The notes: a model not told the origin generated them from the letters alone. A stretch of 59,842 nucleotides of DNA from a virus (IMGVR_UViG_3300022924_000019:1-59842), one strand, 5' to 3'; positions 47,281-56,628 are shown, counted from the stretch's first letter. Translations and numbers: made by a program.

Positions 47281-49821
47281 ATGGCCGACGAGGACAAGCC
47301 TCGCGGCTATCTCGCCCGGTATGGGGGGAGACTGATCGACGCCGGCTACCAGATTATTCCGATCCGCCGGGGATCGAAGGCGCCACCGTTCGACGACTGG
47401 CAGAAGACCCGCGCGACCAAGAAGCAGCTCAACGACTGGCTCGACGGCCAGTACAAGCGATCCGGCGTGGGCCTCCTCACCCGCAACACGCCTGCGGTCG
47501 ATCTCGACATTCTCGACGAACCCACTGCCTTGCACATGGAACGGTTCGTCCAGGCTCACTTCGGGATCGCACCGCTGCGGATCGGGATGGCCCCGAAACG
47601 ACTTCTGCTGTTCCGGTCGGACGCTCCGTTCCCCAAGATCAACAGCAGCGTCTATGAGGACGAATGGGGCAACCCCCAGGCGTCGTTTTCCCAGAGCGGG
47701 AAGCCGACCGGGCACCTCCGCAAGATCGAAATCCTGGGCGACGGGCAGCAGTTCGTGGCCTTCGCGATCCACCCGGACACCGGCAAGCCCTATGAGTGGA
47801 TCGGCGATACCCCGATCACCGTCCCGGCCGCCAAGCTGCCGCTCCTCTCCTACGAGGACGGACAGGCCATCGTCGCCGAGTTCGACCGGGTCGCCCTTGA
47901 GAACGGCTGGACCGTCAGCAAGCAGGGCAAGGCGCTCACCCGTCTGAAGCCGCAAACCCAGGTCGGCCGGATTGATCATGACGACGTGTTCGCCGCCGAC
48001 GCCAAGAAGGTCGATGACCTCTCGGACGAACAGCTCCGGACCCGGCTGCTGCTGGTTCCGGGCGCTGAAGACTACGAGACGTGGCTTCAGATCGGCATGG
48101 CGCTCTTCCACCAGTACGACGGGGAGGAGCGAGGCCTAGAACTCTGGCATGAGTGGTCCGAGACCGCGACGAACTACGACAGCTCGGCTCTCGACGCCAA
48201 ATGGGACACCTTCGATATCACGTCGAAGGGCCGGGCGCCGGTCACGGCTCGCCTGATCATCAAACTGGCCGCCGAAGCCCAGAAAGAGATCGCGACCGAG
48301 GTCTTCGAGACGACGGTAGCCGAGCTGAAGGCAGCCGGCACGCTTGAACTCCTCCGGGCGGCCTGCGAGAAGGTCAAGCATATCGAATTCGACGTGCTAG
48401 CCCGGTCTCAGATCGTCGGCATCGTCCAAAAACGGTTCAAGGACATTGCCGGAACGCCCCTGACGATCACCACGGCCCGCGACATGGTCCGGTTCGAGCA
48501 ACCGGAGCCCAAAGACCTCCCCCGGTGGCTGCAAGGCTGGGTCCACGTCGGCCACTCGGACAGCTTCTACAACATCAACCGCCGCTACGGGCTCAGCACG
48601 TCGGCTTTCAACGCCGTCCACAACCGATTCATGCTGACCAAGACCGAAGTCCTAGAGGGCAAGTCAGTCCCGGAGGCCCAGGCGGCGCCGTTTGCCCTGA
48701 ACAACAAGCAGATCTCGCTCGTGCAGAACGTCATGTACCTGCCGGGCGAGGACGATCTGTTCCACTACAACGGGGTTCCCTACGTCAACTCCTACGACGG
48801 CCGGAACGTCCCCTCCATTCCGCACGGAAAGCTGTCGAAGGATGAGCGGGCCGCAGTCGAAACGGTGAAGTTCCATTTCGAGCATCTGTTCGAGAACGCC
48901 CGCGACCGCCGTATCTTCATCGACGCCCTGGCCTACGTCGTCCAGAACCCCGGCAAGCGCCTCAACTGGGCGATCCTGTTGCAAGGCACGGAAGGAGACG
49001 GCAAGACCTTCTTCGCCGGCCTGCTGGCGGCGGTCCTCGGACCCGAGAACGTCAACAACGTGGTCGCCGCGGCGCTCGAAGAGAAGTACTCCCCCTGGGC
49101 TGAAGGCGCCCAGGTAATCTTCTGCGAAGAGATCCGGTTGCACGGCCACAACCGCTTCGACGTGCTGAACAAGATCAAGCCGAACATCACCAACATGACG
49201 GTCTCCGTCCGGAAGATGAACACCGACCTCTATTCGGCGATCAACACGGCGACCTATATCCTGACGACGAACTTCCGGGACGCCCTCCCGCTCGACGGCA
49301 ACGACAGCCGCTACTTCATCCTGTTCTCGCGGTTCCAGACCAGGGCGGCGCTCGCGGCGTTCGAGGAGCTGGACCCGACCTACTATACCCGCCTGTTCGA
49401 CTCCCTTGAGTACGCGGGAGCCCTCCGCAAGTGGCTCCTGGGCTGGGAGATCGGACCTGACTTTGACCCCAAGCGCCGCGCTCCTTCGAGCGAGGCCAAA
49501 GACGAAATGGTGTCCTACGCGATGAGCGAAGAATCCGACGCACTCGAAGAGATCATCAGCAGCGGCGGCAACGTCCTGACCTGCAAGATCTTGTGTTCCT
49601 CGACCGAACTGAGCGAGGCCCTGATGACCGCAATCGGGGAGGCGCCGTATGGCCGGGCGATGAACTCCCTTCTCCTGAAGGCGGGCTTCACCAAGCTCAA
49701 GAAGGTGCGGATCGGCTCGAAAACGCACGTATTCTGGTCCCAAGAGCCCTATCGCTTCCGCGATCCGAATGGTGGCTGGGATGAGAAAAAGATCCAAGAC
49801 TGGGCCAAGGACGACCTCTAG
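47281..49821 (+). CDS. Primase-polymerase / PriCT-2 / SF3-type helicase fusion
   Basis: IIPI..GSKAP, AVDLD, HPDTG.PY, DYETWLQIGMAL, GTEGDGKT, CEEI. Confidence 0.92.
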   Translation: MADEDKPRGYLARYGGRLIDAGYQIIPIRRGSKAPPFDDWQKTRATKKQLNDWLDGQYKRSGVGLLTRNTPAVDLDILDEPTALHMERFVQAHFGIAPLRIGMAPKRLLLFRSDAPFPKINSSVYEDEWGNPQASFSQSGKPTGHLRKIEILGDGQQFVAFAIHPDTGKPYEWIGDTPITVPAAKLPLLSYEDGQAIVAEFDRVALENGWTVSKQGKALTRLKPQTQVGRIDHDDVFAADAKKVDDLSDEQLRTRLLLVPGAEDYETWLQIGMALFHQYDGEERGLELWHEWSETATNYDSSALDAKWDTFDITSKGRAPVTARLIIKLAAEAQKEIATEVFETTVAELKAAGTLELLRAACEKVKHIEFDVLARSQIVGIVQKRFKDIAGTPLTITTARDMVRFEQPEPKDLPRWLQGWVHVGHSDSFYNINRRYGLSTSAFNAVHNRFMLTKTEVLEGKSVPEAQAAPFALNNKQISLVQNVMYLPGEDDLFHYNGVPYVNSYDGRNVPSIPHGKLSKDERAAVETVKFHFEHLFENARDRRIFIDALAYVVQNPGKRLNWAILLQGTEGDGKTFFAGLLAAVLGPENVNNVVAAALEEKYSPWAEGAQVIFCEEIRLHGHNRFDVLNKIKPNITNMTVSVRKMNTDLYSAINTATYILTTNFRDALPLDGNDSRYFILFSRFQTRAALAAFEELDPTYYTRLFDSLEYAGALRKWLLGWEIGPDFDPKRRAPSSEAKDEMVSYAMSEESDALEEIISSGGNVLTCKILCSSTELSEALMTAIGEAPYGRAMNSLLLKAGFTKLKKVRIGSKTHVFWSQEPYRFRDPNGGWDEKKIQDWAKDDL

Positions 49822-49866
49822 CCCAACACCTCTGCCGTATGGCTATTTTGCCATAGAATTGACCTA

Positions 49867-49897
49867 GCCCTCGGGAAGTGATTTCCGGGGGCTTTTT
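49867..49897 (+). terminator. Intrinsic terminator built around the palindrome
   Basis: GCCCTCGGGAA-GTGA-TTTCCGGGGGC-TTTTT. Confidence 0.75.
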
Positions 49898-49959
49898 CAC
49901 GTCTGTTCTCATACCGGGTTGTCGGCGTTCTCATTACAGTTCCGATTGCCGTGCCGATT

Positions 49960-50660
49960 CGCAACTGGGAACAATGGGCACAGATTCAGCCCATTTCAGC
50001 CGTTTTCGAGGTCGGAATCCCGACTGCGGGGAACAATCGAACGGTTCTGGCTCTGGAATCCAGCCAGGGCCAGCGTATGCCGGTGTGCCGATTGGATTTC
50101 TGTTCCGATTAAATCGGGTGAAAGCCGAATGGGCACAAAATCGGAACAAATCGAATTCCTTGCCGCATAAGGCTTTGTGAGGAGCTGTTCTGATTGTTCT
50201 GATTGTTCTTATTTATAGGTGGTCCGTGACGCGAGAAAAGTTTTCAGTTTTTCCCCCAGGATGGAGAAAACCGGATTCAAACGGAACAATGAGAACAGTA
50301 CCGAAACGTGGTGTCAAAGCGCCCCGCCGGCTAAAGGGCTCCCAGATCGCTCAGGAGACCCCTAAACGGGCCTAGAAGCCCCTGCATCCCGAAATCACTT
50401 CCAAGGGGCTCCTGAGCCACCGAAAAGCCGCCTTTGATGGAGTCCAGAAGATCTGAGCTTCCGGGGCTCAGCGCCCTCGCCGGCCTCGGCTACCCCTCGG
50501 AAGGGACCCAAAGGCGCCTCATGACCCGCTGAATCGGAACAGCCCATCGCCCGCAACAGCTCGGCGCCTGCTGATGTTTGATGTTGATCAATGGGAACAG
50601 CTCAACGCATGGGGCTACCCGACCAGGGGGCAGGCCCGGCGCCTCACCTGTTCCGATACG
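49960..50660. repeat. Cluster of GGAACA/GAACAAT repeats in non-coding DNA
   Basis: About 10 copies in both orientations, including tandem TGTTCTGAT units at 50186-50209. Confidence 0.65.
50466..50509 (-). other. Putative cos site (cosN plus cosQ-like element)
   Basis: Minus strand reads GGGTCCCTTCCG-20 nt-AGGGCGCTGAGC; GpA-type terminase; position beyond the primase. Confidence 0.7.
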
Positions 50661-50871
50661 TGCAGCAGCCCATGACCAGGGGGCCACGCCTGCCCCTATC
50701 CCCGCCCTGCTATCGAGGCGCCCTGTAGCCCAGCACCCGCCCTGCGTATGACCAGGGCGCCCCCTCACCTAGCCGACCGATTCACGGCATACGCCTGCCC
50801 CGCCCCTGCCCAGGTCACCACGCACGGCAAAGGGCCGCCGGTAGATCCGGGCGGCCCTGAACAGCAGGCAC

Positions 50872-50905
50872 AAAGAAGCCCCCTAGCAGGGGAGCTAGGG
50901 GGCTT
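50872..50905 (-). terminator. Terminator of the leftward early arm
   Basis: AAGCCCCCTAGC / GCTAGGGGGCTT stem followed by CTTT on the minus strand. Confidence 0.75.
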
Positions 50906-50956
50906 GAGGTAGAGCGGGGGCGCTAGCCCTTGGCCGGGCTCTTAGGGGGCGGCTCC

Positions 50957-51139
50957 CTAGTAGTGCGAGAGGATGAGACGCAGGGCGAACCAAGAGGCGG
51001 CGCTAACGCCGCATCCGAGGCCCAGGTAGTAGCGCAACCCGTCGCCATGGGTGCGGCGATCCGGGTTGTAGAGGAAGACAGACGCCACGCCCAGCAGGGC
51101 GGCTAGAATGTCCAGAGGCGTAACGACAAGGTCAGGCAT
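50957..51139 (-). CDS. Small two-TM membrane protein
   Basis: 60 aa from MPDLVV; two hydrophobic segments. Confidence 0.5.
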   Translation of the reverse strand: MPDLVVTPLDILAALLGVASVFLYNPDRRTHGDGLRYYLGLGCGVSAASWFALRLILSHY

Positions 51140-51197
51140 GAGAAGATTCCAGTCATGAGAAACCCGCCTCACGGGATCAGCCGCGGGCGGGTTGGGG

Positions 51198-51419
51198 TTA
51201 GTCCTCTTGTTCGTCTTCGAAGATGACGGTCGCGGCGGGGTGAAGCGCGAGAACTTGAGCTTTCGCGCCCTCGTCATCATCAGCGCGCAGGCAATCGTCC
51301 AGTACCCGTTCATCGCTTGCCCAGTAGAGGGGCGAGCCGGACCCCCAGTAGGCGCCCGCTGTATCGTATCCGTCCGAGTCCAGCTTGCGACGGACTAGCG
51401 TGATGACGTGTTCCGCCAT
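51198..51419 (-). CDS. GYDxxGAYWG-motif protein, copy 1
   Basis: GAGG RBS; paralogue at 54539. Confidence 0.7.
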   Translation of the reverse strand: MAEHVITLVRRKLDSDGYDTAGAYWGSGSPLYWASDERVLDDCLRADDDEGAKAQVLALHPAATVIFEDEQED

Positions 51420-51423
51420 GGCC

Positions 51424-51576
51424 CTAGCCCTCGACCAGGGCGGGCCTACGCACGGGGGCGCAAGCATGGGTTTTCGCGGCGTAGGCGGAGACGTGGTGCG
51501 TTCCGCACTTGCTGCACGACGACACGACAGGCGGGGCGCCGGTCTTGCGGGGTTTCGGAAGTGATTTCCGTTTCAT
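51424..51576 (-). CDS. Small Zn-finger-like protein (50 aa, not in the ORF track)
   Basis: GAGGAG RBS; CSKCGTHH..HAC. Confidence 0.55.
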   Translation of the reverse strand: MKRKSLPKPRKTGAPPVVSSCSKCGTHHVSAYAAKTHACAPVRRPALVEG

Positions 51577-51581
51577 GGGTC

Positions 51582-51734
51582 TTACTCCTCGTCGGGGGTT
51601 TCGGCGACGCGCTGTTGCGCCTCGTCAATGGCGTCAATCTGACGTTGGGTGAGGGGGCGGCGGCGGCTCGCGTTGTTCCACGCTTGCGCCAGAACGTGAG
51701 CGAGCATCTTGTTTGTCGTGCTAGGGCCAATCAT
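51582..51734 (-). CDS. Small hypothetical protein
   Basis: Fills the gap; starts MIGPSTT. Confidence 0.5.
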   Translation of the reverse strand: MIGPSTTNKMLAHVLAQAWNNASRRRPLTQRQIDAIDEAQQRVAETPDEE

Positions 51735-51738
51735 GGCG

Positions 51739-51975
51739 TCACTTCCCGTGATAGCCGCGTTCTTCGCGAACGCGCTGCATGTAGTCTTCCGATTGCCGTT
51801 CGATCTCGGCATAAGCATCCGCGTCCGTGCGGATATGCGTATAGCCGGGATTTTGGATTACGCGGCGCCAGTCGCTAGGCGTGAGCCCGGCGCCGTCGCC
51901 TTCCGCAACCTGTTGCACCTTCCCGCCCTTGGCGAGAAACGCGGCCTTCGCTGCTTCGATTTCTTCGCGGGTCAT
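51739..51975 (-). CDS. Hypothetical protein
   Basis: GGAGCTGAC RBS; AFLAKGGKVQQV. Confidence 0.7.
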   Translation of the reverse strand: MTREEIEAAKAAFLAKGGKVQQVAEGDGAGLTPSDWRRVIQNPGYTHIRTDADAYAEIERQSEDYMQRVREERGYHGK

Positions 51976-51992
51976 GGCGTCAGCTCCCCAGA

Positions 51993-52739
51993 TTAAGACG
52001 TGTAGCCGGTGAAGTCGGCGGGCGCGAGGTTGCCCCGGTAGCCGCGCGGCGAAGTCGTGTAAACCTCGACCGTCCAGCCGTCACCCGAGGGCGCGATCTC
52101 ATAGGCGCATTCGTCCAAAGTAGACGCCTCAAAGGCTGACGTGGCGTCGATGCAGTCGCGAGCATCCGCGAACCGATACCGCATGTCAGTGATCACGAAA
52201 GCCGGGCTTTCCTGTTCGCGGATCGCGGCGCTGTTGATTTTTTCCAGCTCGGCCCAAAGCGAGGCGCAATCGCCGCCCAGGTGGTAGCGGCAGGCCGCAC
52301 GTTCTTCAATTTCGGCGGCGGCTTCTTGGCGGGCCTTCTCGCTATCGAAGAACCGGGCTTCTCCCGCATAGAGCGCCGGGATAGCGGCGACCAGGGCGAG
52401 GAACCCGGCGCGGTATCCTTGAAGTTCAAGAACGCGAGCCCGGCGCGCCGCCCGGTCTTCTTTACGCAGTTCTTCATAAGCCTCGATCACGGCGACCCGA
52501 ACGCCCGGAAGCGATTTCTCCGGAACAAGGGCGCCGCGCTTCTCAGAGGTCAGGTAACGCAGCGTGCACTCAATCGAGCCGTTCCGAAGTTCAAAGACCT
52601 CGCAACGATATTCCGCCGCCCTGGTCGCCGTGCCCAGGGCGCGGAAACGAACGTCTGAGCCGTCTCGCACTTCCCGGCGCGCCGAATGACCGGCGGGCGA
52701 GAGGTCCCAAGAGACAGAGGTTTGAGTTTCGGCGGGCAT
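51993..52739 (-). CDS. Hypothetical protein
   Basis: GGAGCTGAC RBS downstream of a promoter. Confidence 0.7.
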   Translation of the reverse strand: MPAETQTSVSWDLSPAGHSARREVRDGSDVRFRALGTATRAAEYRCEVFELRNGSIECTLRYLTSEKRGALVPEKSLPGVRVAVIEAYEELRKEDRAARRARVLELQGYRAGFLALVAAIPALYAGEARFFDSEKARQEAAAEIEERAACRYHLGGDCASLWAELEKINSAAIREQESPAFVITDMRYRFADARDCIDATSAFEASTLDECAYEIAPSGDGWTVEVYTTSPRGYRGNLAPADFTGYTS

Positions 52740-52790
52740 GTTGTCAGCTCCAATGGGTAGCGGGGCGCCCCCGTCTCTGGGGACACCCTG

Positions 52791-52820
52791 CTTATAGAAC
52801 GAACGGAAAAAGGGTGTCAA
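52791..52820 (-). promoter_or_regulatory. Early promoter
   Basis: TTGACACCCTTTTTCCGTTCG..TATAAG. Confidence 0.75.
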
Positions 52821-52824
52821 CACC

Positions 52825-52953
52825 CTAGAGGGGCGGCGGATCGCCTGAACAGCAGATTGCGACCAAGCACCAAAAGACCAGCACTCCGAAGACGTAGAGG
52901 ACCGACCGTCCGAAGATCGCCCCTACGGCTTTCTTGACGTCTCGGGACTTCAT
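52825..52953 (-). CDS. 42-aa membrane peptide (not in the ORF track)
   Basis: ATGA coupling; AAGGT RBS; one TM segment. Confidence 0.45.
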   Translation of the reverse strand: MKSRDVKKAVGAIFGRSVLYVFGVLVFWCLVAICCSGDPPPL

Positions 52954-53576
52954 CCCGTCACCTTGGCGCGGAAGGCTTCCGCAGCCTCTACAGCGGCTTT
53001 GACGCGTCCCCAGGTATCGAGCGTTCCGCCTCCATCAACGTAGAGGCGGGCCGCCGCGATGAGGTCGCCGTAAGGGTCTTCCTCCGCCCAGGTGAACCGG
53101 AAGAAGTGGAACAGCTCGGGCGCTTCGTCGCCGTCTTCGATCACGTTGCCGTCTTCGTCGATATCGGCAACGTCGTCGTATCCGATACCGCCCTCCCCGC
53201 AGGCCGGGCAATCGTCGTCCGTCATAGCGGGCGAGTCGTCTTCCCACTCATGGTCACAATGGGGGCATTTGTAATAGAGGCGGAACCGGTTCGAGTCGTC
53301 GTCGCCATGCGTGGTGAACAGCTCGCCCCGCTTGTCCGGTTCATAGGCCGCAAGGGCGGCGGCCCAGGCGTCTAGGCAGTAGGGGAGCGAGGCGAACAGG
53401 TCTTCCGTGTCGTCCGCGTAAAAGACGACGAAGGCCGCATCTAGGGCGCGCACCACGTCGGCGGTTGTGTCCGACTCCAGAGCGGGGATTTTCAGGATGA
53501 CGGATTGCGGGGAAGGCTGACCTTCGAACCCCTGTTCCGTGAAAGTCCCGTCATACTCGATTTTAGAAACGATCAT
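52950..53576 (-). CDS. Acidic Zn-ribbon protein
   Basis: AAGGA RBS; CPHC..CPAC; possible upstream in-frame start at 53732. Confidence 0.7.
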   Translation of the reverse strand: MIVSKIEYDGTFTEQGFEGQPSPQSVILKIPALESDTTADVVRALDAAFVVFYADDTEDLFASLPYCLDAWAAALAAYEPDKRGELFTTHGDDDSNRFRLYYKCPHCDHEWEDDSPAMTDDDCPACGEGGIGYDDVADIDEDGNVIEDGDEAPELFHFFRFTWAEEDPYGDLIAAARLYVDGGGTLDTWGRVKAAVEAAEAFRAKVTG

Positions 53577-53867
53577 ATCTCGATTTCCTTCGATAGATCC
53601 GGACTGCGATTGTTGCGTTTCCCAGGCTTCGATTTCTTGGCGAATGGCTGCACGCTTGGCGGATGATGTTCGCGACCCCGGACGCAAGCGGGCGCGCAAC
53701 TTAGCGATGCTAAGGGGTTCAATATTCGTCATTTGAAGCACTCTAGATCTAGCGGAACGGGCGGCGGTTGCCGGAGGCGCGATCCGACCAGAGGGCGCGC
53801 ATAGCGGCGATACGGGAGGCCTCTTGGCGCCGACTTAGGCCACTGCCGGCAGTGGGGGGTTTCCTCG

Positions 53868-54527
53868 TCATGCGCCGCACTCGGCGGCCGGAACGTAGCC
53901 CGACAGGGGCGGGAAGCCGAACGAACAGGCGAGCGATCGAGTCTCCCGAGCTTGAGCCCGGATAGCCTTGCGGGCCTGATATAGCGCCTCGCTCATGACC
54001 TGTTGCATGGGGCCATAGGTCATTTCGTCCGTTGAGGCCTCATTGCCCCAAATGGAGTCCGCCGCGACCTTGACGCCGCGCCAGTAGACGCGGACCAACA
54101 GGCCGCAAGTCGGGTTGCCGTCCTGCTGCTGTTCCCGGTACGTCTTCTCTTGAGCCGCCCGGACTTCCCGCGCCGCGTCCAGGGCTTGAGCCTTGCCCAG
54201 CTTCGACTCCCGGAAGTGCGCGAACAGATTGACCAGGGACTCGGGCGAGAGGTCGAATTCGGACGGCTCGGGCGTTTCGGAATCGTTGACCCACTCCAAT
54301 TCGATCCGAAGGGCGCCGCCCTGGTCGATCTGATACCGGGCATAGCTCCCGTGATCTTCGCGGAATTCCGCGTGGAAGTTTTCGTCCGGGTCGACCAGGG
54401 CGGCCCAGAACCGGAAGTCGGCGGCTTGGCTTTTGGCGACCCGGAAGGCCTGTTGCGCCGCCATGGGGGCGGCCCGGAATTCCGAACGGGCCTTGCGGTA
54501 GCGTTCGGCGAGAGGGAAAGCGCGCAT
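53868..54527 (-). CDS. Hypothetical protein
   Basis: AGGAGCTGAC RBS. Confidence 0.7.
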   Translation of the reverse strand: MRAFPLAERYRKARSEFRAAPMAAQQAFRVAKSQAADFRFWAALVDPDENFHAEFREDHGSYARYQIDQGGALRIELEWVNDSETPEPSEFDLSPESLVNLFAHFRESKLGKAQALDAAREVRAAQEKTYREQQQDGNPTCGLLVRVYWRGVKVAADSIWGNEASTDEMTYGPMQQVMSEALYQARKAIRAQARETRSLACSFGFPPLSGYVPAAECGA

Positions 54528-54538
54528 TGTGTCAGCTC

Positions 54539-54877
54539 CTACCGGAAGAAACGGGCTTTAGGGTGAATGGCGCGAACGGCTTCTTTCGCCGCTTCACGGT
54601 CGGCGGCCCAAACGAAGCCGCGAATATCCGTGATGGGTCCGACGAACCCGAACAGGCGTTGGCGGGAGAGTCCCCAGTAGGCGCCGCCGGGATCGTACCC
54701 CTGACCGCTAATGGGGATAGTCGTCAGTTGGAACGGGGCGCCGTCCGCCGTCACGGTAAGGCGCATGACCTCCCCGCGTTTCGTCGTGTAGCTGTCGTGA
54801 TTCGGCCTACCCATCGGGGCGCCCCGGCTCCCGTCTACTTCCGGGCACAACAGGGCAATGAGGTCGCGGCGGTTCAT
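54539..54877 (-). CDS. GYDxxGAYWG-motif protein, copy 2
   Basis: RGAPMGR..GYDPGGAYWG; ATGA coupling. Confidence 0.72.
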   Translation of the reverse strand: MNRRDLIALLCPEVDGSRGAPMGRPNHDSYTTKRGEVMRLTVTADGAPFQLTTIPISGQGYDPGGAYWGLSRQRLFGFVGPITDIRGFVWAADREAAKEAVRAIHPKARFFR

Positions 54878-55263
54878 TCGGAGTCCCCTTCCGTGGCGCG
54901 GGCGATGACGTGAGCGCGGATATCTTCCGGCAAGTCTGCCCAGCGGATTCGATTGTGCTTGCAGCGGTAGCGATACGCAGCAGCCTGATAGGCCTCTAGC
55001 TCGCTCCATTGGCTGACGCCTTGCGGGTGCGTCGGGTAGGCGCTCATTCCGAGACACGGAATCCACGTATTGCGGAATTCCCCGCGCTGACCTTCCGGCA
55101 AGCCGTTGCCGTGGCGGTCCAGGGCGAAGGCGAGGGGGAAGGTAAACAGGACCGTGTAACGGTCGGCGGTTTTGCCCTTGTTATCGAGGACGTCGAGAAC
55201 GTAGGCGGGGGCGCCGTCAAGCCAACGCTTCGAAGCGCGGCGAGGCGTGTAGAGGCGACCCAT
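54874..55263 (-). CDS. Hypothetical phage protein
   Basis: GGAGG RBS; DNKGKTADRYTV..LGMS..PTHPQG. Confidence 0.72.
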   Translation of the reverse strand: MGRLYTPRRASKRWLDGAPAYVLDVLDNKGKTADRYTVLFTFPLAFALDRHGNGLPEGQRGEFRNTWIPCLGMSAYPTHPQGVSQWSELEAYQAAAYRYRCKHNRIRWADLPEDIRAHVIARATEGDSE

Positions 55264-55649
55264 TAGAGGCCCCTCCGGCGGACGGTCGAGTCAGGAACGA
55301 AGCGCCAGCAGCGGCGGGCCTTCGTCCTGTTGCCTTCGTTGAGGGTGGCCACGCCAGCGGGTGGGAGCGAGTCGAAGTCGGGCGGGCCTTGAAGCCGAAT
55401 CCCGTAGTCGGGGCGCCAGCGGGGGCGATGAATCGAGTAGTCGCCGAAATAGCCGACATAACAACCGACCTGTTGCGCCTTCACTTCGACGTCATGCGCT
55501 CGAAGGTCACGGTTGACGGATTGACGGAGCCAAATGACTCCGGCGCCGACTGACCAGGAGTCGACCATGTAGAGGGCGCCGCGATAGAGGAGAATATCCC
55601 CCGCGCCTATGCCCTTCCCGGTGAACCCGTCTCGTATCGTCTCAGACAT
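55263..55649 (-). CDS. Hypothetical protein
   Basis: GAGGT RBS downstream of a promoter. Confidence 0.65.
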   Translation of the reverse strand: MSETIRDGFTGKGIGAGDILLYRGALYMVDSWSVGAGVIWLRQSVNRDLRAHDVEVKAQQVGCYVGYFGDYSIHRPRWRPDYGIRLQGPPDFDSLPPAGVATLNEGNRTKARRCWRFVPDSTVRRRGL

Positions 55650-55677
55650 TTTCGTTACCTCGTTAGTTGGGACCTGA

Positions 55678-55728
55678 CGTCTACCGCGAACGGAAAACAG
55701 GTGTCAACACGTGACGGAAATTATTTCC
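55678..55728 (-). promoter_or_regulatory. Early promoter with upstream palindrome
   Basis: TTGACACCTGTTTTCCGTTCG..TAGACG; GGAAATTATTTCC at 55716-55728. Confidence 0.78.
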
Positions 55729-55999
55729 CGATGAATGCGAAAACGCGCCACACTTGAACGTCTTTTCGGCGACCGTTGCGAACCTCTGTCGCCTGCCCCT
55801 GGTCGAAGCCGACACCGACTCGAATGTCGCGCGTGAAGGGCTCGACCAGGGCCGCAACCTCTCTCGCGTGTGCCTCGCCGAACAGCGTAACGTTGATGGT
55901 CGCCGCGCCGACGAACAGCTTTTTAACCGGGATGGAATGGGCGGCGAACAGTTGTTCCAACTTGGCCCGGAACAGCGCCTTGCGTTCGTCGTCGCTCAT
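55721..55999 (-). CDS. Hypothetical protein
   Basis: TAATG coupling. Confidence 0.65.
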   Translation of the reverse strand: MSDDERKALFRAKLEQLFAAHSIPVKKLFVGAATINVTLFGEAHAREVAALVEPFTRDIRVGVGFDQGQATEVRNGRRKDVQVWRVFAFIGK

Positions 56000-56628
56000 T
56001 AACCGGCGCCGCCGATCATGGCGCGCAGGACGTTCTCCGACGTCGCCGCGTCGAAACTCCCCGCCCGCTCGATATAGAGGCGGCCCGCGTTCATACGCGC
56101 CAGAATGTAAGCGCCGGAGGTCCCGCCGCTGATGCGAACGGTGTCGCCGTCAAGGCTGACGTGCAGACTGGGGAACAGCATACGCAGCCGTTCCGCGTCC
56201 GCCGCTGCTTCCGCCTTCACTCGCAAGGCTTCGCCCCTTTGCGTGGCGAGCTGCGTTTCGCAGTCCTCGGCAGGCGTGACGATCCGGCGCCGAATGTCGT
56301 TGACCAGGGCTTGCATGTCGCGCCCCGAATCGACTTCCGCGTTTGGCCAGTCAATCGGCTTGCCGGGCGAGTCGCCGCTGATGGGGCAGGCGTTGAGCCA
56401 AGCGCGTCCGACCTTCCCCTTATAGGCGAGGTCTGTAATCCGCATTTGCCAACCGTCGAAGTGAAGGGAAACAGCCCAGTATCGCGGCATGTTGGGGCTG
56501 TCGTCCTGATTAACGACAAGCGTGGCGCCGAGCTTTTCGGCGAGCGCCTTACCAAAGGCGACCCGGTCTAGGAACGTCTCCGTTCCGCCGAACGTCGCGG
56601 GGGCGGTAGTGACAAAGGGACTGGTCAT
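55999..56628 (-). CDS. Hypothetical protein, first gene of the leftward early arm
   Basis: GAGG RBS before MTSPFV. Confidence 0.7.
   Translation of the reverse strand: MTSPFVTTAPATFGGTETFLDRVAFGKALAEKLGATLVVNQDDSPNMPRYWAVSLHFDGWQMRITDLAYKGKVGRAWLNACPISGDSPGKPIDWPNAEVDSGRDMQALVNDIRRRIVTPAEDCETQLATQRGEALRVKAEAAADAERLRMLFPSLHVSLDGDTVRISGGTSGAYILARMNAGRLYIERAGSFDAATSENVLRAMIGGAG

Noticed and set aside
50621-50757. Frequent GACCAGGG octamer as a genome-wide signal
   Set aside because: Most copies are explained by common codon runs (GCC CTG GTC, GAC CAG GGN); enrichment cannot be shown by eye.
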